DNA of 64,000 nucleotides from Lama glama (lineage: Eukaryota): contig CM052816.1 of NCBI GenBank assembly GCA_028534125.1, forward strand, positions 77,564,001-77,628,000. Direction: 5' to 3'. Of the stretch, positions 1-11,770 are shown piece by piece. Position 1 is the stretch's first letter. Every line of letters begins with the position of its first letter. Made by a program: the position numbers and the translations under genes. Below the pieces are notes generated by a model. The model searched no databases and was not told where the DNA came from. It saw nothing but the letters and a program-made list of their open reading frames with translations.

Positions 1-1109
1 GACAGCCCCTCAGTCATCACATGTTTTGCAAAATACACACCAACCAGTCAGGAATATGACTGAAAGCAGTACCAGTTCATTGTACAGAGTGTCCCATGAC
101 ATGAATGGAGCCTCTGCAGGTAAAGGGTGGAGAGCTTTGTTGGCAAGGTCCCTCCTGACTGCAGAGCTGGACTCAGGCACATCACAGTGATCATGTTGGT
201 GTCCATGAGCTGCAGGAACACCTCTGGTTCATGGGAAGCATCAAGGGCTAGGGGTTGTCCACCTGGGTTCATGCCCTGGCTGTGCCTGTTTCCTCTTTGC
301 TAAGTCATCTGCTCTTGACTTCCCAGTGCAGCAATGGTTTCAAGATCTAATGAGATCAGGTGCCTGAAAAAGTGCAGTGGTTCAACAAAATGTATCGACT
401 GATTTTTGTTGGGAGTCAGTCCACACCATCTTCATCCCCATCAAAGCAGGCTGTGGTGTCTAAAAAATGATTTTTATATTTTAAGATGCAACTCTCACTG
501 AATAAATTATTCTACCATGAATAGTCCTTTTTGTTATGGGACACAAATAGAAGGAGCCTCTAGAAAACTGTGGCAAAAACAAACTGGAGTTCTAGTTGAT
601 GTGCCTTAAAAACTCACTCAATTTAACACACTGAGTAGTGACTTTACTTTCTAAAAGGGATTAATTTTACTTTTTGTAAAACGTAGGAAATACATAGCAA
701 CAAATAGCATATAGGCACGTCAACCTGTTTTTGGATGCTACTGCAAACTGATCTAAGTCAGTCTGACTACTTTGCTTTTAGGATCTTTTATTAAACCATA
801 GTAGCCTGTAACAAGTAAAGATACTCTCTGCTCTTCTACCAGGTTGGACATGACACTGAAAGCAAATTCCAGGCCAAATTCTGCCCCATATACACATACT
901 CATGGCCAAGAAGTCACAAAAATTCTCAAATAACTTACTCTTCTTACATCCCTGATTGTCCTTTTAGGAATGCCAAAGGACTATGTCAGCACCAGTGCAC
1001 CACATCTGAACTACATTTCCCGGTCTCCTTACAGTTGGGTTGGGGGCCTGTGACAGTGTTCTGGCCTGGCACATACACGTCTCTCACACAAGCCTCCTTT
1101 CCCTTTACC

Positions 1110-1342
1110 TTTCATGACACCTGGGAGGCCTGTTTTAAAGATGGTGACATTACAAGATGGAGGTATTAAAGATACATGACTCAAGGTATTCAGGTCACGG
1201 TTTGGAGGAGGGCAGCCCAAGAGAGCCACCCAACAAGGAACATTCACTTTGGACTTGGAGTAAGTGAAAAATAAATTTTATGTCAAGCCACGGAGATTTG
1301 GAGTTGTTTGTTATGCAGCAAGCACCTTGCTGAGGCAGATAC
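1110..1342 (+). mobile_element. MLT1-type ERVL-MaLR LTR, 3' part
   Basis: Typical 3' end AATAAA...AAGCCACGGAGATTTGGAGTTGTTTGTTATGCAGCA...GATACA. Confidence 0.7.
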
Positions 1343-1740
1343 ATCAGTATTCTAATGGCAGGATCAGCAAATCATCTAGGGGGACCAGGCAAATGAGTCT
1401 ACTGTGAAGTGAGGAAGATACAAGATTGAATGGAGCTCTGGCCCAACGCCAGAGCAGCCTGACTGTTGGGCTTGCTGGATTGTTACTCTTTGTCCATGCA
1501 AAGATAGAGGGACATGTACAATCTTTTTAGCCAATCACATATTTCAGCAAGGAAAACATTATCTCTAACATAATTTATGCTTATTAACAAATCCTCTAGC
1601 TTGGATTTTTGATAACATCACTTGACGTATTTTCCCAGTGACCTTTGAGAGTGGACTTCATAGTAAAGTTCTTCGAGTGGTAATTAACCAGCCAGCAAAG
1701 AGGTGAAGTTCAAAATATTTAACCACTGGTACAGCACAAC

Positions 1741-2258
1741 TGGTACCAGGTCCAAACTCGTTTTGCTAGCCTTACAACAGGCCAATAAATCGGGAGCTGA
1801 TGTGTTGCGGCAAGGAATAACAACTTTATTCAGAAAGCCAGCAGACTGAGAGGATGGGGGACCAATGTCCTAGAGAATCATCTTACCCAAGTCAGAACTC
1901 AGGCTCCTTTCATACTAAAAAGGGGAGAGGGAGTGGTTGGTTGCTGCAAACTTCTTGGTGTCAGAATCTTTGTTCCTGCCGCTGTCCATGTAGGTCAGGT
2001 CGTGATGTTCTCATAAACCTCCAACAAGACAAATGTTATTCTCTGTTCTGCAACTTTTTATCTCTATATAAATGGAAAAGTGTTCTATCCTTAAAAGTCA
2101 GAGCCTTGAGAGTGGGCTGTCCTTACATTTCAGGCTACAGGCAACAATCTTTAACAAAAGGTACAGAACCAGTCAGACTAAGCACAGGACACAGAGCACA
2201 GGGTTAGAGCTAAAGGAGCAGATCTAATATGGAGTCAGATTTGCTCTTCCCTAGTACA
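1741..2258 (-). mobile_element. ERV1-type solo LTR
   Basis: TG...CA termini on the minus strand (TGTACTAGGG...GGTACCA), AATAAA at 1825-1830 (minus), TCTGACTCCATATTAG start typical of ERV1 LTRs; about 518 bp. Confidence 0.8.
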
Positions 2259-3719
2259 CAGTCACCAAGAGATTAAAATAGATGGAAACTCTCATGCTGG
2301 AGCGGTACCTTCTATCCTGGATTACTTACAATGTTAATTAAGCACCCTTAGGGTAGAGATTAAAGTAATTCACACCACGACTGTTTATACTGAAGTATTT
2401 AAAAAAATAAATTACACACAAACAGGCATCTAATTCACAGCCATCATCTGGTTTATTTATGTCTCTACTCACTCTAAGAATTACCAGCAAAGGATCATGG
2501 GACCTGTTCCTAAGTGTAAGACTAGATCAATAAAATTAGCCATCTGTCCAAGGAAGGCTTTAAACTCAGGTTGTTTTTAAGTATTATGTTTCCAACTGCC
2601 CAGATGTTACAGAAAAGTGCCTGCTGATACAACTCCTTTTGCACAGTATAAACCATTGACTGGCTAATATAAACTTGTTGCACCAAGAAAAATAAATAGC
2701 ATTAACATTGCTTTAAATCTGATTTGGGATTTTGGGTGCCCTGTCAGCAAACACAAGTGTTAATGTTTAAATTGCTCAGGATTTGCAAAGTCAGACAAAG
2801 AAAGAATCTTCAAGTGTCTTTAGGGGAGTGGGGAGGAAGAGACTGGAAAAGAGATCAAGGCTTCAGCACATGTACCCTTGGTTGGTTGGGTTGGTTAAGG
2901 TAATAATAATTACTGTGAGCATTGTCAGATAATAATATCCTGTCTTTGTGCAGCACTTCAGTTCTTTCAAAGCACTAGTCTGCTTTATTTCCTTTGATTC
3001 TTAAAATAAGCTGGCTGGGTTACCTGGGGTACCTTTTTTTTTTTTTTTAACAGCTGTGGAAATGCAAGAATCATTAAATAGGGAAAGGAAGGGGCAAGGA
3101 AGTCAGGTGGTCTCTTCTCTGTCTTTCTATGTCACGTGTAGTGGCTCATTAATTACTCCAATCTACTGATCAATGAGCAAACCCCAACCATTTCTTAGCT
3201 CTCCAGCTTCACAGGATTGTCCCAGACTCCCAGTCACATGACAGTCTGGACAATTTTCTTTCAGGAGCAGCGGCTCCCCCCCCTCCATAACTCTGTAAAA
3301 CCTCCACATGACAATTACCAGGCAAAAATCATCCATCACCCTTGGGGTTACTCTTTTTCAAAAGAATCCACCCAAGCAAGACCACAAAAGTGGAAGCCAT
3401 ATTTCCAAACCCCAAATCAAGGCATGTGGTTGACCAGAGTCTTTCTGATTTGTCAATTTATCCAAAAAAAAGAAAATTGTACAACTCAGTGCAAATTAAA
3501 TCATGTTATCAATCATACATTAACATGTATGAGAAAGGATACAAGTATATGAAATCGTAAGTGTCTGTGTTAATTATTCTGATGCCTGGAAATACACATT
3601 TTCTTTCCTCTCCCCACCCTCCCTAACCCCATCCAGATCAAACAGTCCCAATTTCACACACACTGCCTCCAAGTTTCAGGCTTTTAACCCTTTTCAATGC
3701 CTTGGTACCTCCTTTATTT

Positions 3720-3890
3720 TACCTCATTTAATCCTTAAATGGCAGGTCCCCTCCTTACCCTATTTTTCAGACAAGGAAACCCAGGGTTACAGAGCTAATA
3801 TAACTTGCCCTGTGTCACCAAGTAACTAATAAAAAAATAAGTATCAGAACTTGAACCCAAATTTGTCAAATAGCAAGTCCTGTGCTTTCA
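3720..3890 (-). mobile_element. MIR SINE
   Basis: MIR core: CAGACAAGGAAAC...AACTTGCCC...GAACTTGAACCCA. Confidence 0.7.
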
Positions 3891-6344
3891 CCCAAGCTCT
3901 CCTGCTCAGCCGGGAGAAAGCAGCCTGAAAAGGAGCTGCGTGGAGGTCGGGGTGCAGTGGGTATGGGGGAATTGCAGGCGGAGGGGCTGGTTGTACACAG
4001 CTCAGAACGGCTTCTTATTAATGCAGGGTTCCTCCTTTGTGCAGCCATGTCTCAATGACCGGGTTAGGGGAAGAGGGTGAGGAGCAGGAGGACTTCCTCA
4101 GAAGAGACGTCCTTCAGGGACCTTCAGAAGACCTCAAGTCCCGAAGCCAAACTTAGGAAACCCTGCAAAGAGTCTAAACACCCGGGTTGTTGTGGTTAAA
4201 ATACAGATGCATGATGTGGAAGTGGAGATTGTCGAGTGGCACTAGAAAGTACCTGGAGTCGGGGTACCGAGGGACGCGAGGCAGTGGGAGGAGCCCAACT
4301 TCTCCTCGCTCATGTCTCTAAGTGTGGCCTGTGAACCACATGCACCAAGTGACCCGAGGTTCTTATTTAAAAAGCAGATGTCTGGGATGCTCTCCAAGAA
4401 TTCTTATCCTCACTGAAGTTCAGGAATGACTTGCCTGGGTCAGAGGTCTGAGATGGGCTCTGAGCCAGCTCTGGAAAGTGCGCCCTCTGCTGGTAGCAAT
4501 TTGATTTGACTTCCACCTGAGTCTCTCCCTGCCTCCAGGCCCCTTCCCCCATCCCAAGAGATCAGGGGTTCTTCAAGGAGGCAAATGCTTTCCAGCTCAC
4601 TTCAGGAGGCTGAAGCCACACTTTGGGGTCCTTCAAAATGGAGCTTCACAACCGATGGAATCCAAGATGGGTTTGGGGGATTTCGCCTACAAACTGCCAT
4701 TTAGACTCTGCAGTATCTCCTCACCTTTCCCCTTTTTCTTCCCCTGAAATAGCAGGTGCACTTCCAATACCTGCAGCTTGACATGCTGTGACCAAAACAA
4801 GTGGTAGGGGTCTTGACCAGCCCAAAAGATTCTCTGTTGCAATTAAGACATCACATCACTCATTTAGTCCGTTGAGAGAAATCACAGTCTCACTTGCCGA
4901 GTGGGTGAGGCAGAAGAAGACAGAATTTCCCCAGGATAACCCTGCAGGAGCTGAAGTCCCACCTCTGCCTCAGACACCTGAGTCCCAGTTTTCCAGAAAT
5001 TTAGCTCTGGGTCACTGGACCACTTTTGAGCTATGAACAGACGGACAACTACTCCCAAAAGAATTCTAAGATTACTAAAGCCCTGGGCTCAGGGTAAGAA
5101 ACAAAAAGCAAAAACAACAACAACTATAAAAAACCACCATTCAGTTCCTTCTGGCCAAGTCACTCTTCCATGAGAAAGTATTCTGAGAGAAAAAGTAGTG
5201 CTTCGTGTTACACACAATTACTCCTGACCTTGACCTCTCTGTCCCTTTATCTCATAGAGAATCAAAGGAAAGAGACAGAGAAAGAGAGGCAGGGGCTTCT
5301 TTATAAGGATTTGGTACGATCTGGAAACAAACGGGAGGGTGAGAGGGCGGATGGAAGGAAGGATCAGAGGGAAGAATTTCCGCTACAGTGCCTGGGCTGC
5401 GGGCACACCCGTGGCTGTGTGGTGGGGAGATATATGCATCTCCCTGGTGGCTTGGTGAGCCCCAGTTTTCCCTGGAAAGCAAGACAACTTCCAGGTGGGT
5501 GGCGGAGGTAGAACAGGATGACCCCTGACCCCTGACCCTTCAACCATTCAGTTTCACACTAGTAGCAGCAGAAACCGCCTAGAGGTGTACGTATTCCCCA
5601 CCATCAACCAATGAGGCACACTGCCCCTGAGCTAACTCTGCTCTGCTCCTCCAGGCGTTTGATTTTTCTTTCCGCCTTTCCCTGGACCTTCGGTTTAGTC
5701 CACCTTTTCAGGTAGAGAAATGCTGAGGGAAAAGTGGAAAGGAAAAAAGACTAGCAACCTGTATCTCCCCTAAAATAACTGTGGACCTCCAGTCCCCAAG
5801 GAAAACCTTGACTTCTGAATCCTGACCTGACCTTGTCCCACTGACCCTGGGATAGCTGGAAGGCAGCTGGCAGGCAGAGGAAAGACCGGGCCCACATGCA
5901 GCCCTCCAGCCCCTCCTGGAGCAGAAGAGTTAAGCTAACTCCATGAGCTACCAGTCTGCCTCAGGGGCCGTGTGTGGCTTGTTGCATGCTGGTTCAGGCG
6001 GATGTGTCTGGATTCCCTTTTCCCTTCCTCTGGCTCCACATAAGTGGCACCACCATCCTCCCTGCACTTCCTGGTGAGACTCTGGGTAAGGAAAGTGCCA
6101 GAAACCACTCAAGACGGTCTGGGTACTAGTCCCAGCTCAGCTTCCGATGTTAACTCAGGCACACTCAGCACAGCTGCAAAACAAGGGCTTTCACTTCCTT
6201 CCAGGTCTATGATTTGAACTCGGGTGCCCCATGGAACCGCCCCCCCACCCCCGCCCCGTTCATCCAGGAGGAAGATGCACCCACTGACAGGCTACAGTTT
6301 GGCCATCAGGCCGCAAAGGACTCCTTTTCGGTCTTGAATATCAG

Positions 6345-6544
6345 AGCCTGAATGCCCATTCCCCCACTTGCTAGTTGTGTGGCCCTGGGTGAGATATTTT
6401 ATCTCTCTAAGCCGCAATTTCCTCTTCAGTTAAACAGGAGTAATAACGGTACTCATCTCGCAGAACTGTTGGGTTGATTAAATAAATCAGTATGTGTCCA
6501 GTTCTTAGAACAGTTTAGTATGCACTTAATTAGTGTTTATTATT
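6345..6544 (+). mobile_element. MIR SINE
   Basis: GTGTGGCCCTGGG...TCTCTCTAAGCCGCAATTTCCTC...GTAATAACGGTAC. Confidence 0.75.
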
Positions 6545-6880
6545 ATTATTTTTTTTTATTGAAGTGTAGTTGATTTACAATGTTAGTTTCAGGTGTACAG
6601 CTAAGTGATTCAGATATATATATATGAATATATATACATATTATATATATATATTCTTTTTCAAATTCTTTTCCATTATTGGTTATTATAAGATATTGAA
6701 TATAGTTCTCTGTGCTATACAATAGGTCCTTATTGTTTATCTATTTTATATATAATAGTGTATATCTGTTAATCTTAAACTCCTAATTTATCCCTCCCTG
6801 CTTCCTTTCCCCTTTGGAAACCATAAGTTAGGCTTTTATGTCTGTAAGTCTATTTCTATTTTGTAAATAAGTTCATTTAA
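6545..6880 (-). mobile_element. L1 3' UTR fragment (cetartiodactyl type) with TSD
   Basis: T-tail then ATTGAAGTGTAGTTGATTTACAATG...; TSD-like TGT(T/C)TATTATT at 6534-6544 and 6882-6892. Confidence 0.88.
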
Positions 6881-9350
6881 ATGTCTATTATTTAATTTGA
6901 CTTAATTTGAAAACTGTCATTTTCCTGTGAGTCTCAGCAAATGCAGAGGTTTCTTTATTAATGCTCAGTGACAGAAGAATAGCAACCTGGGGTGGAGGGA
7001 AAGTTGCCTATATCGGATCCAAATGAGACTCATAATTGAAGCAGCTACTTGATTTTTTCTCACCAGAAGCAGTGGGGATGGGCAATTTTCAGGTAGATTT
7101 TGAATCCAAGACTTTGCCAGCAAGGCTGTACTGGTCAAATGTAGATTTAGGAGTGTGAGGAGAAAGACAGGGTCATCCAAATAAAACAGGACTGTTCCAG
7201 GACAGCTTAGCTGGTAGTCATGCTACCTTCAAAGTACTGCACACACGCCAATTGAGGAAACAAGGTACAGAGAAACTCCCACATGGATACTAGCAGGATT
7301 TGCTGGTATCTGGGGAAGATTATAAATTAGCTGGTTGCTGTTCACATCTGAGCCAAGTGAAGCACATTCGGTTTTTAATCTGGACCAATTTTCCAGATCA
7401 AAAACTAGTCTTTCCAAGGGATGTAAATGAGCCCAGGAGGAAATTTTCCCCCGAAGTTTATGAAGTAGCTGTCATTTTAATCTGAGCAGCTTTCCAACCT
7501 GAAAGCCAGTGTCTGGATAAAATTATAAAGTAATGAAAAACTCTTCTAGGCTGAACCTAGTCCAAACACTCCTTCCACCTCAAATTTGATATATTTAATG
7601 TGCCAAAATACTTAAAATGTAGAGCTCCCACTATCAAAACGCTATCTATGCTTCAAATAAAACCAAAGAGACCAACATGGCATATTCATGGCATAAATAA
7701 CAGACTCAGACCCTGGATGAACCAGGTAGGAAATATTTTTAGGAGAGGAACTACGAAAAATAAGAAAGGAAATATGGTAAACCATATGAGCAGTTTTACA
7801 CAGCAGGCTTTTGTGAAATACTTATTAAAAAATTCTGCTTAAATGAATTGAAATCTGTCCTTAAAAGAACATGACATACACTGCTCACACTTAAGAACTA
7901 CAGAGGTACCTATTCATTGTTGAAAATTGTGACTAGATGGTTCTATGTGCATAAACCCACACAATGCAATGTGATGTAGCTATCTTAGAAAGAAGCCCTT
8001 CGTTGAAATCCTTGAAGATGAGTGTTTGTGTACAAGTAGGAAAAGAAACAATTTTATATAATATCATCTTGAACTGCTGCTATTTTCCCCAAAATGAATT
8101 ATCAGTGGGAACAGGACAGCTCATAATTTAAGTGTGACTCAGATTATAATAATGACCATAAATTTCAAGGCAGGTAGCAAGGCACAGGTGTAACAGATAC
8201 AGCTTGAAGGGTAAAGGCTCTGCCAGAGCTGAGAGGCAACAAGTCATATTTCCAAATGGAGAGATCCTTGAGCAGCGAAAATATTTAAGCAGCCATATGG
8301 GAACCTGCCAAGATTATTTTCTTTGCCTTCTGATAAATTTTCCCTGGTTTGTCTCTTTCGTATAGGAACATTATTTGTGAAGACAAACTGCGCTTTCTGC
8401 AAAGTTTTGCAGTCTGCATTCAAATAAAGTTATATTGCTTTCCATTGTTCATAATATATAATTAATCCCATAAGACAACCTCGCTTACAAAGTAAACTAA
8501 GAAAAAACAGATTTTTCAGAATTCTAAATATAGTCTCCCCAAAGAAGAATAAAAATCATTATTCGAGAGACAATGTTTAGAACTTTCTTGCTTAGGAAGG
8601 TCTACTTTGAATAATCTCACAGCACAGGCCAAACCGCCAAGTAGAAGAAAACACACGAAGACTTTCTACCTGTACAACTAAAGGAAATGCAAGTAACTGT
8701 GTTTCAAGTTCTCTGCAGTTCATTGCAATAGCCTGCAATGCCATACATCTTTGTTTAAATCTCAGAGCAAAGACTGCAGCTCAAAAACATGGTAAGAATT
8801 GACTCGTTGGGCGCTCTTTTCTAAGAAAACGGCCCCAGAGTGGAAGGGGAACCAGCAGAAGAGGCCACATCCCTACCTAGTGCATGGGAAGGACTGGAGA
8901 CGGGCATAGGGTACACGAGGCAAATTTTCAGACACATAACAGGAAATGGCTGAGCTCTGGACAATATGAATTCAATAAGATGTTTAGAGACACAGGAGGA
9001 GCTGCTTGACTTCTCTTGCACAGTTGCAATCCTCTGTAATTGAGACAGCATGATCGCTGCCCCCAATCTCAGTTCTCTGTGGTTAAACACAGAGCCCTCC
9101 ACCTCTACTGTGTCTGGTAAATAGATCACCCGTTTAACAAACAAGTATCCCTGGAACGGCCGGGGCTGGGGAGGCGGGGAGGGGGAGGGCGAGGTTCGCG
9201 TCTGTTCTCAGCTCTGGGCAGAGACGAATCCAGTTAAGTGCTGCTTAACTGGGGTGAGAGAGGCAGTGCGTTGCCCGCTTTGCGTCCTCGCTTGGGACTG
9301 GGACCTGGGCGCTCCGGGCGTGGTGCCCCCGGGAGCACTCAGCGCATTAC

Positions 9351-9447
9351 CTGGTTTTCTGAGAGCTGCTCTGAGCGGCACAACTCCAGGTCCGAGGCTG
9401 GAAGCTAGGAGCAAGAGCCGGAGCAAGACGCCTCGGATTAAATCCAT
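9351..9447 (-). CDS. EGFLAM: EGFLAM (pikachurin) first coding exon: signal peptide, MDLIRGVLLRLLLLASSLGPGVVPLRAALRKP + first base of Gly
   Basis: Translation closely matches the human pikachurin N-terminus as recalled (MDLIRGVLLRLLLLASSLGPGAVSLRAAIRKPG). Strong Kozak context GAAATGG; canonical donor CAG|GTAATG at 9351/9350; 97 nt, phase 1; lies in a CpG island. Confidence 0.96.
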
Positions 9448-9956
9448 TTCACCGCGGGCGCCTCCAAAGTTTCACGAAGTCCTGGGCGCACAGGGAAAGG
9501 GCGTCTCCTGGGGGACGTGGGGGGACGCAGCCCCCGCGGATCCCCTGACCAGGGTGAGGAGGCGAAGGGCTGAGGGAGCTGGCCCGAGAACGACGGAGGA
9601 GTCCAAGGAGGCAGGACAGCAGCCAGGAGGTCGGCGTGCGGGAGTGAAGCCGGCTGCGAGCTGCAGGGCTTTTCGGGCGGGGGGGCGGGGGCGGCGAAGG
9701 AAGCCGACGGGGAGGGACCGGCTGGCCACGCAAGGGAGGGAGGCTCGACCGGCCCGGGGATGGAATTACAATCGAGTGCAAGTGAGAGGGGAGGCCCTGA
9801 GACAATTTACTCTTCGCTCACCTCTGGGGACAGCCAGCCCATCACCCCGATAGCGACCCCCAGCGCAGCCCTTCCTGACTGGTGACCTAGATCAGGGCGC
9901 TAGGAGGGGCCGACTTCAACCACTAGGGGTGCAGGGCAGGACCCTCTGCCTTGGTC

Positions 9957-9963
9957 CTAATCC
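9957..9963 (+). promoter_or_regulatory. CRX/OTX (K50 homeodomain) site CTAATCC
   Basis: Exact consensus match in the promoter of a photoreceptor-expressed gene. Confidence 0.45.
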
Positions 9964-10048
9964 TGAAATCTTGCGGCGCATCCCCCTCCCCCTCCCCTAG
10001 CTATACTCTCCTCGGGCCGCGCCCCTCTAGGTCGCTTCCACCCTGCTT

Positions 10049-10061
10049 GGGGACTTTCCCC
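10049..10061 (+). promoter_or_regulatory. NF-kB site GGGGACTTTCCCC
   Basis: Contains the canonical kB decamer GGGACTTTCC (10050-10059), about 600 bp upstream of the EGFLAM ATG. Confidence 0.55.
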
Positions 10062-11242
10062 AGCACCTCCAGAAGTCCACCACACTTGGGAGAAGGCGGG
10101 TAATAGGGGGAGGAAGGAGGGTATGCGATTTGCAAGTGGGGGAAGTAAGGAAGAAGAGGGGGCGGGGCCAGCCGGGACCAAGGCGCTAAGAAGATAAATG
10201 GGATTTAAGGCGCGCAGATGGAGAGCTGAAGCCGGCCACTCTGTTGGAAACGCCGGGTGGAGATTAGAACCCGGCACGGGGAGCCAGGTGCCCTGTCGGC
10301 AGAGGAAGGCAACTTGAGACCCTCCAGGGGAGGAGATGAAGCTCTAGGTTAAACCTGGCGTCGGGGGACGGATAGGCGCTCTAGCGGGCTAGCGGCCTGG
10401 GAAGATCCGGCTGAGGGGGCGCGCGCCGGCCGGGCTGGGTCTGGAGGCCGACGGGGTTCCTGGCCCCTGATCCCGGGACCAGGGTTCCTAGATTGGCTCC
10501 GTGGCCGGGAAAAGACCCCTTCTCCTCCGGATTTGCTGCCCGAGGGTTCAGTAAAATGCTCCTGTTGCCAGGTTTCCAGGTGTCGCTGCGAGAGGGGAGA
10601 CCCGGGGACTCAAGTCCCGTTGCACACGGCCGTGCTGATCTTCAAGCCAGAGAGGAGAGAAAGCAGACACAATAAATAAACCAAGAGGGAATAAAACTAG
10701 AGGGAAATGCAGCCCACGCCAGTTCCTAGGGAAAGATCAAAGGCCCTAGGAAGTACCCTGCAGAGCGGCGAGCTGCGGTCCCTGGCTGGGGGAGCACTTC
10801 GCGCGCTGGGCCGCCAGACCTTGCAGAGCGAATGAAGCTCCTGGCATCGTGGCCCTTCGTTGTTAACCTGGATTTGGGAGAGCGAGAGGAAACAATGTCG
10901 ACCAATGTAGTTCCCTCCACCCCACGCCCCCTAAAGATTTCTACTCCTGTTTTGGGAATGAAGTATCTCCTGGCTAGAGGGTTTGTAATGAGCCGGATCT
11001 GGTTTGTTAGCAAAGCTGAGAATATGTTCCCTTTTGTGTTGTGTTCTCAGGTGTGCAACTGTCCAGAAACAAATTGAAAGTCCACTCCGACCTGAGTCTC
11101 TATAAGTCTTAGATGTGACAAGAGCTTGCCCCTGCACACGGAGCTGAAGGAGAAAATTTGGGCACTTCCACGGTGATAACAAAACCCATGTCTGGAAGTC
11201 ATACAATGTGGCCGCCCCCAAGGTTGATAGTCTCAAAGGCAG

Positions 11243-11440
11243 CAGAATCATAGACCCTTAGGAGTGATTGTCAGAGCACCTGGGGGTCATCTAGACCCTG
11301 CCTCCATTCCATGCGGCAATCTGCCTTCCTCATCCTTGGCTTGAACTCCACCTGTAGCAGAGAGGTCTACCTCACCACCAGCCCAGAAGTTGCTGGATAA
11401 CTCTTTATGAGAAAGGGATTTCTTATATCAGACCTAAGGT
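11243..11440 (-). mobile_element. CR1/L3 LINE fragment
   Basis: AGAATCATAGA...GGTCATCTAG...GCTTGAACTCC...GAGAAAG pattern. Confidence 0.45.
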
Positions 11441-11535
11441 GGCACCCAGAACCAAGCAACTGTTACCTTTAAGATATCTTCCTTGTTGGTTCTGCTGTTT
11501 CCCACTATGATCTTCCCTGATGTAGAAATTGGAAG

Positions 11536-11770
11536 TAATAATAACCATTATTCATTTATGGCTAGCAGTTATATAACACCAGACCCTCTCTGAAGGGCTT
11601 TATAATCCCAGTAACAACCATACCAGGTAGTTACTTTTATTAGTATTATCCCCGTTTGACAGATGGGGAAACTGAAGCATGAAGAGTTAAGTAATCTGCC
11701 CCAAGTCATGCAGCTCCCAAGAGATAGAGCTTGATTGAATCCAGGTGGTCTGGTTCCAGAATCCAGACTT
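11536..11770 (-). mobile_element. MIR SINE
   Basis: ATTATCCCCGTTTGACAGATGGGGAAACTGAAGC...CCCAAGTCATGCAGC. Confidence 0.85.

Larger units (their letters stand above)
1..9350 (-). other. EGFLAM: EGFLAM intron 1 (5' part; continues beyond window start)
   Basis: Follows the GT donor at 9350; no sequence encoding the next pikachurin segment (KVGPPLDIKL...) seen in 1-9350; repeat-rich. Confidence 0.9.
9130..10900. promoter_or_regulatory. EGFLAM: CpG island / EGFLAM promoter and 5' UTR
   Basis: Sharp rise in GC and CpG content; GC boxes at 9675-9694 and 10158-10168; no upstream ATG on the minus strand between 9448 and 9839. The exact TSS cannot be determined. Confidence 0.9.

Noticed and set aside
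9208..9350. Continuation of the 79-aa ORF (NALSAPGG...) past EGFLAM exon 1
   Set aside because: Read-through into intron 1 beyond a canonical GT donor; similarity to pikachurin stops exactly at the donor.
9254..9853. 199-aa antisense ORF and other ORFs across the CpG island
   Set aside because: GC-rich, stop-poor sequence with R/G/P/A-biased low-complexity translations and non-ATG starts; no recognisable domain.
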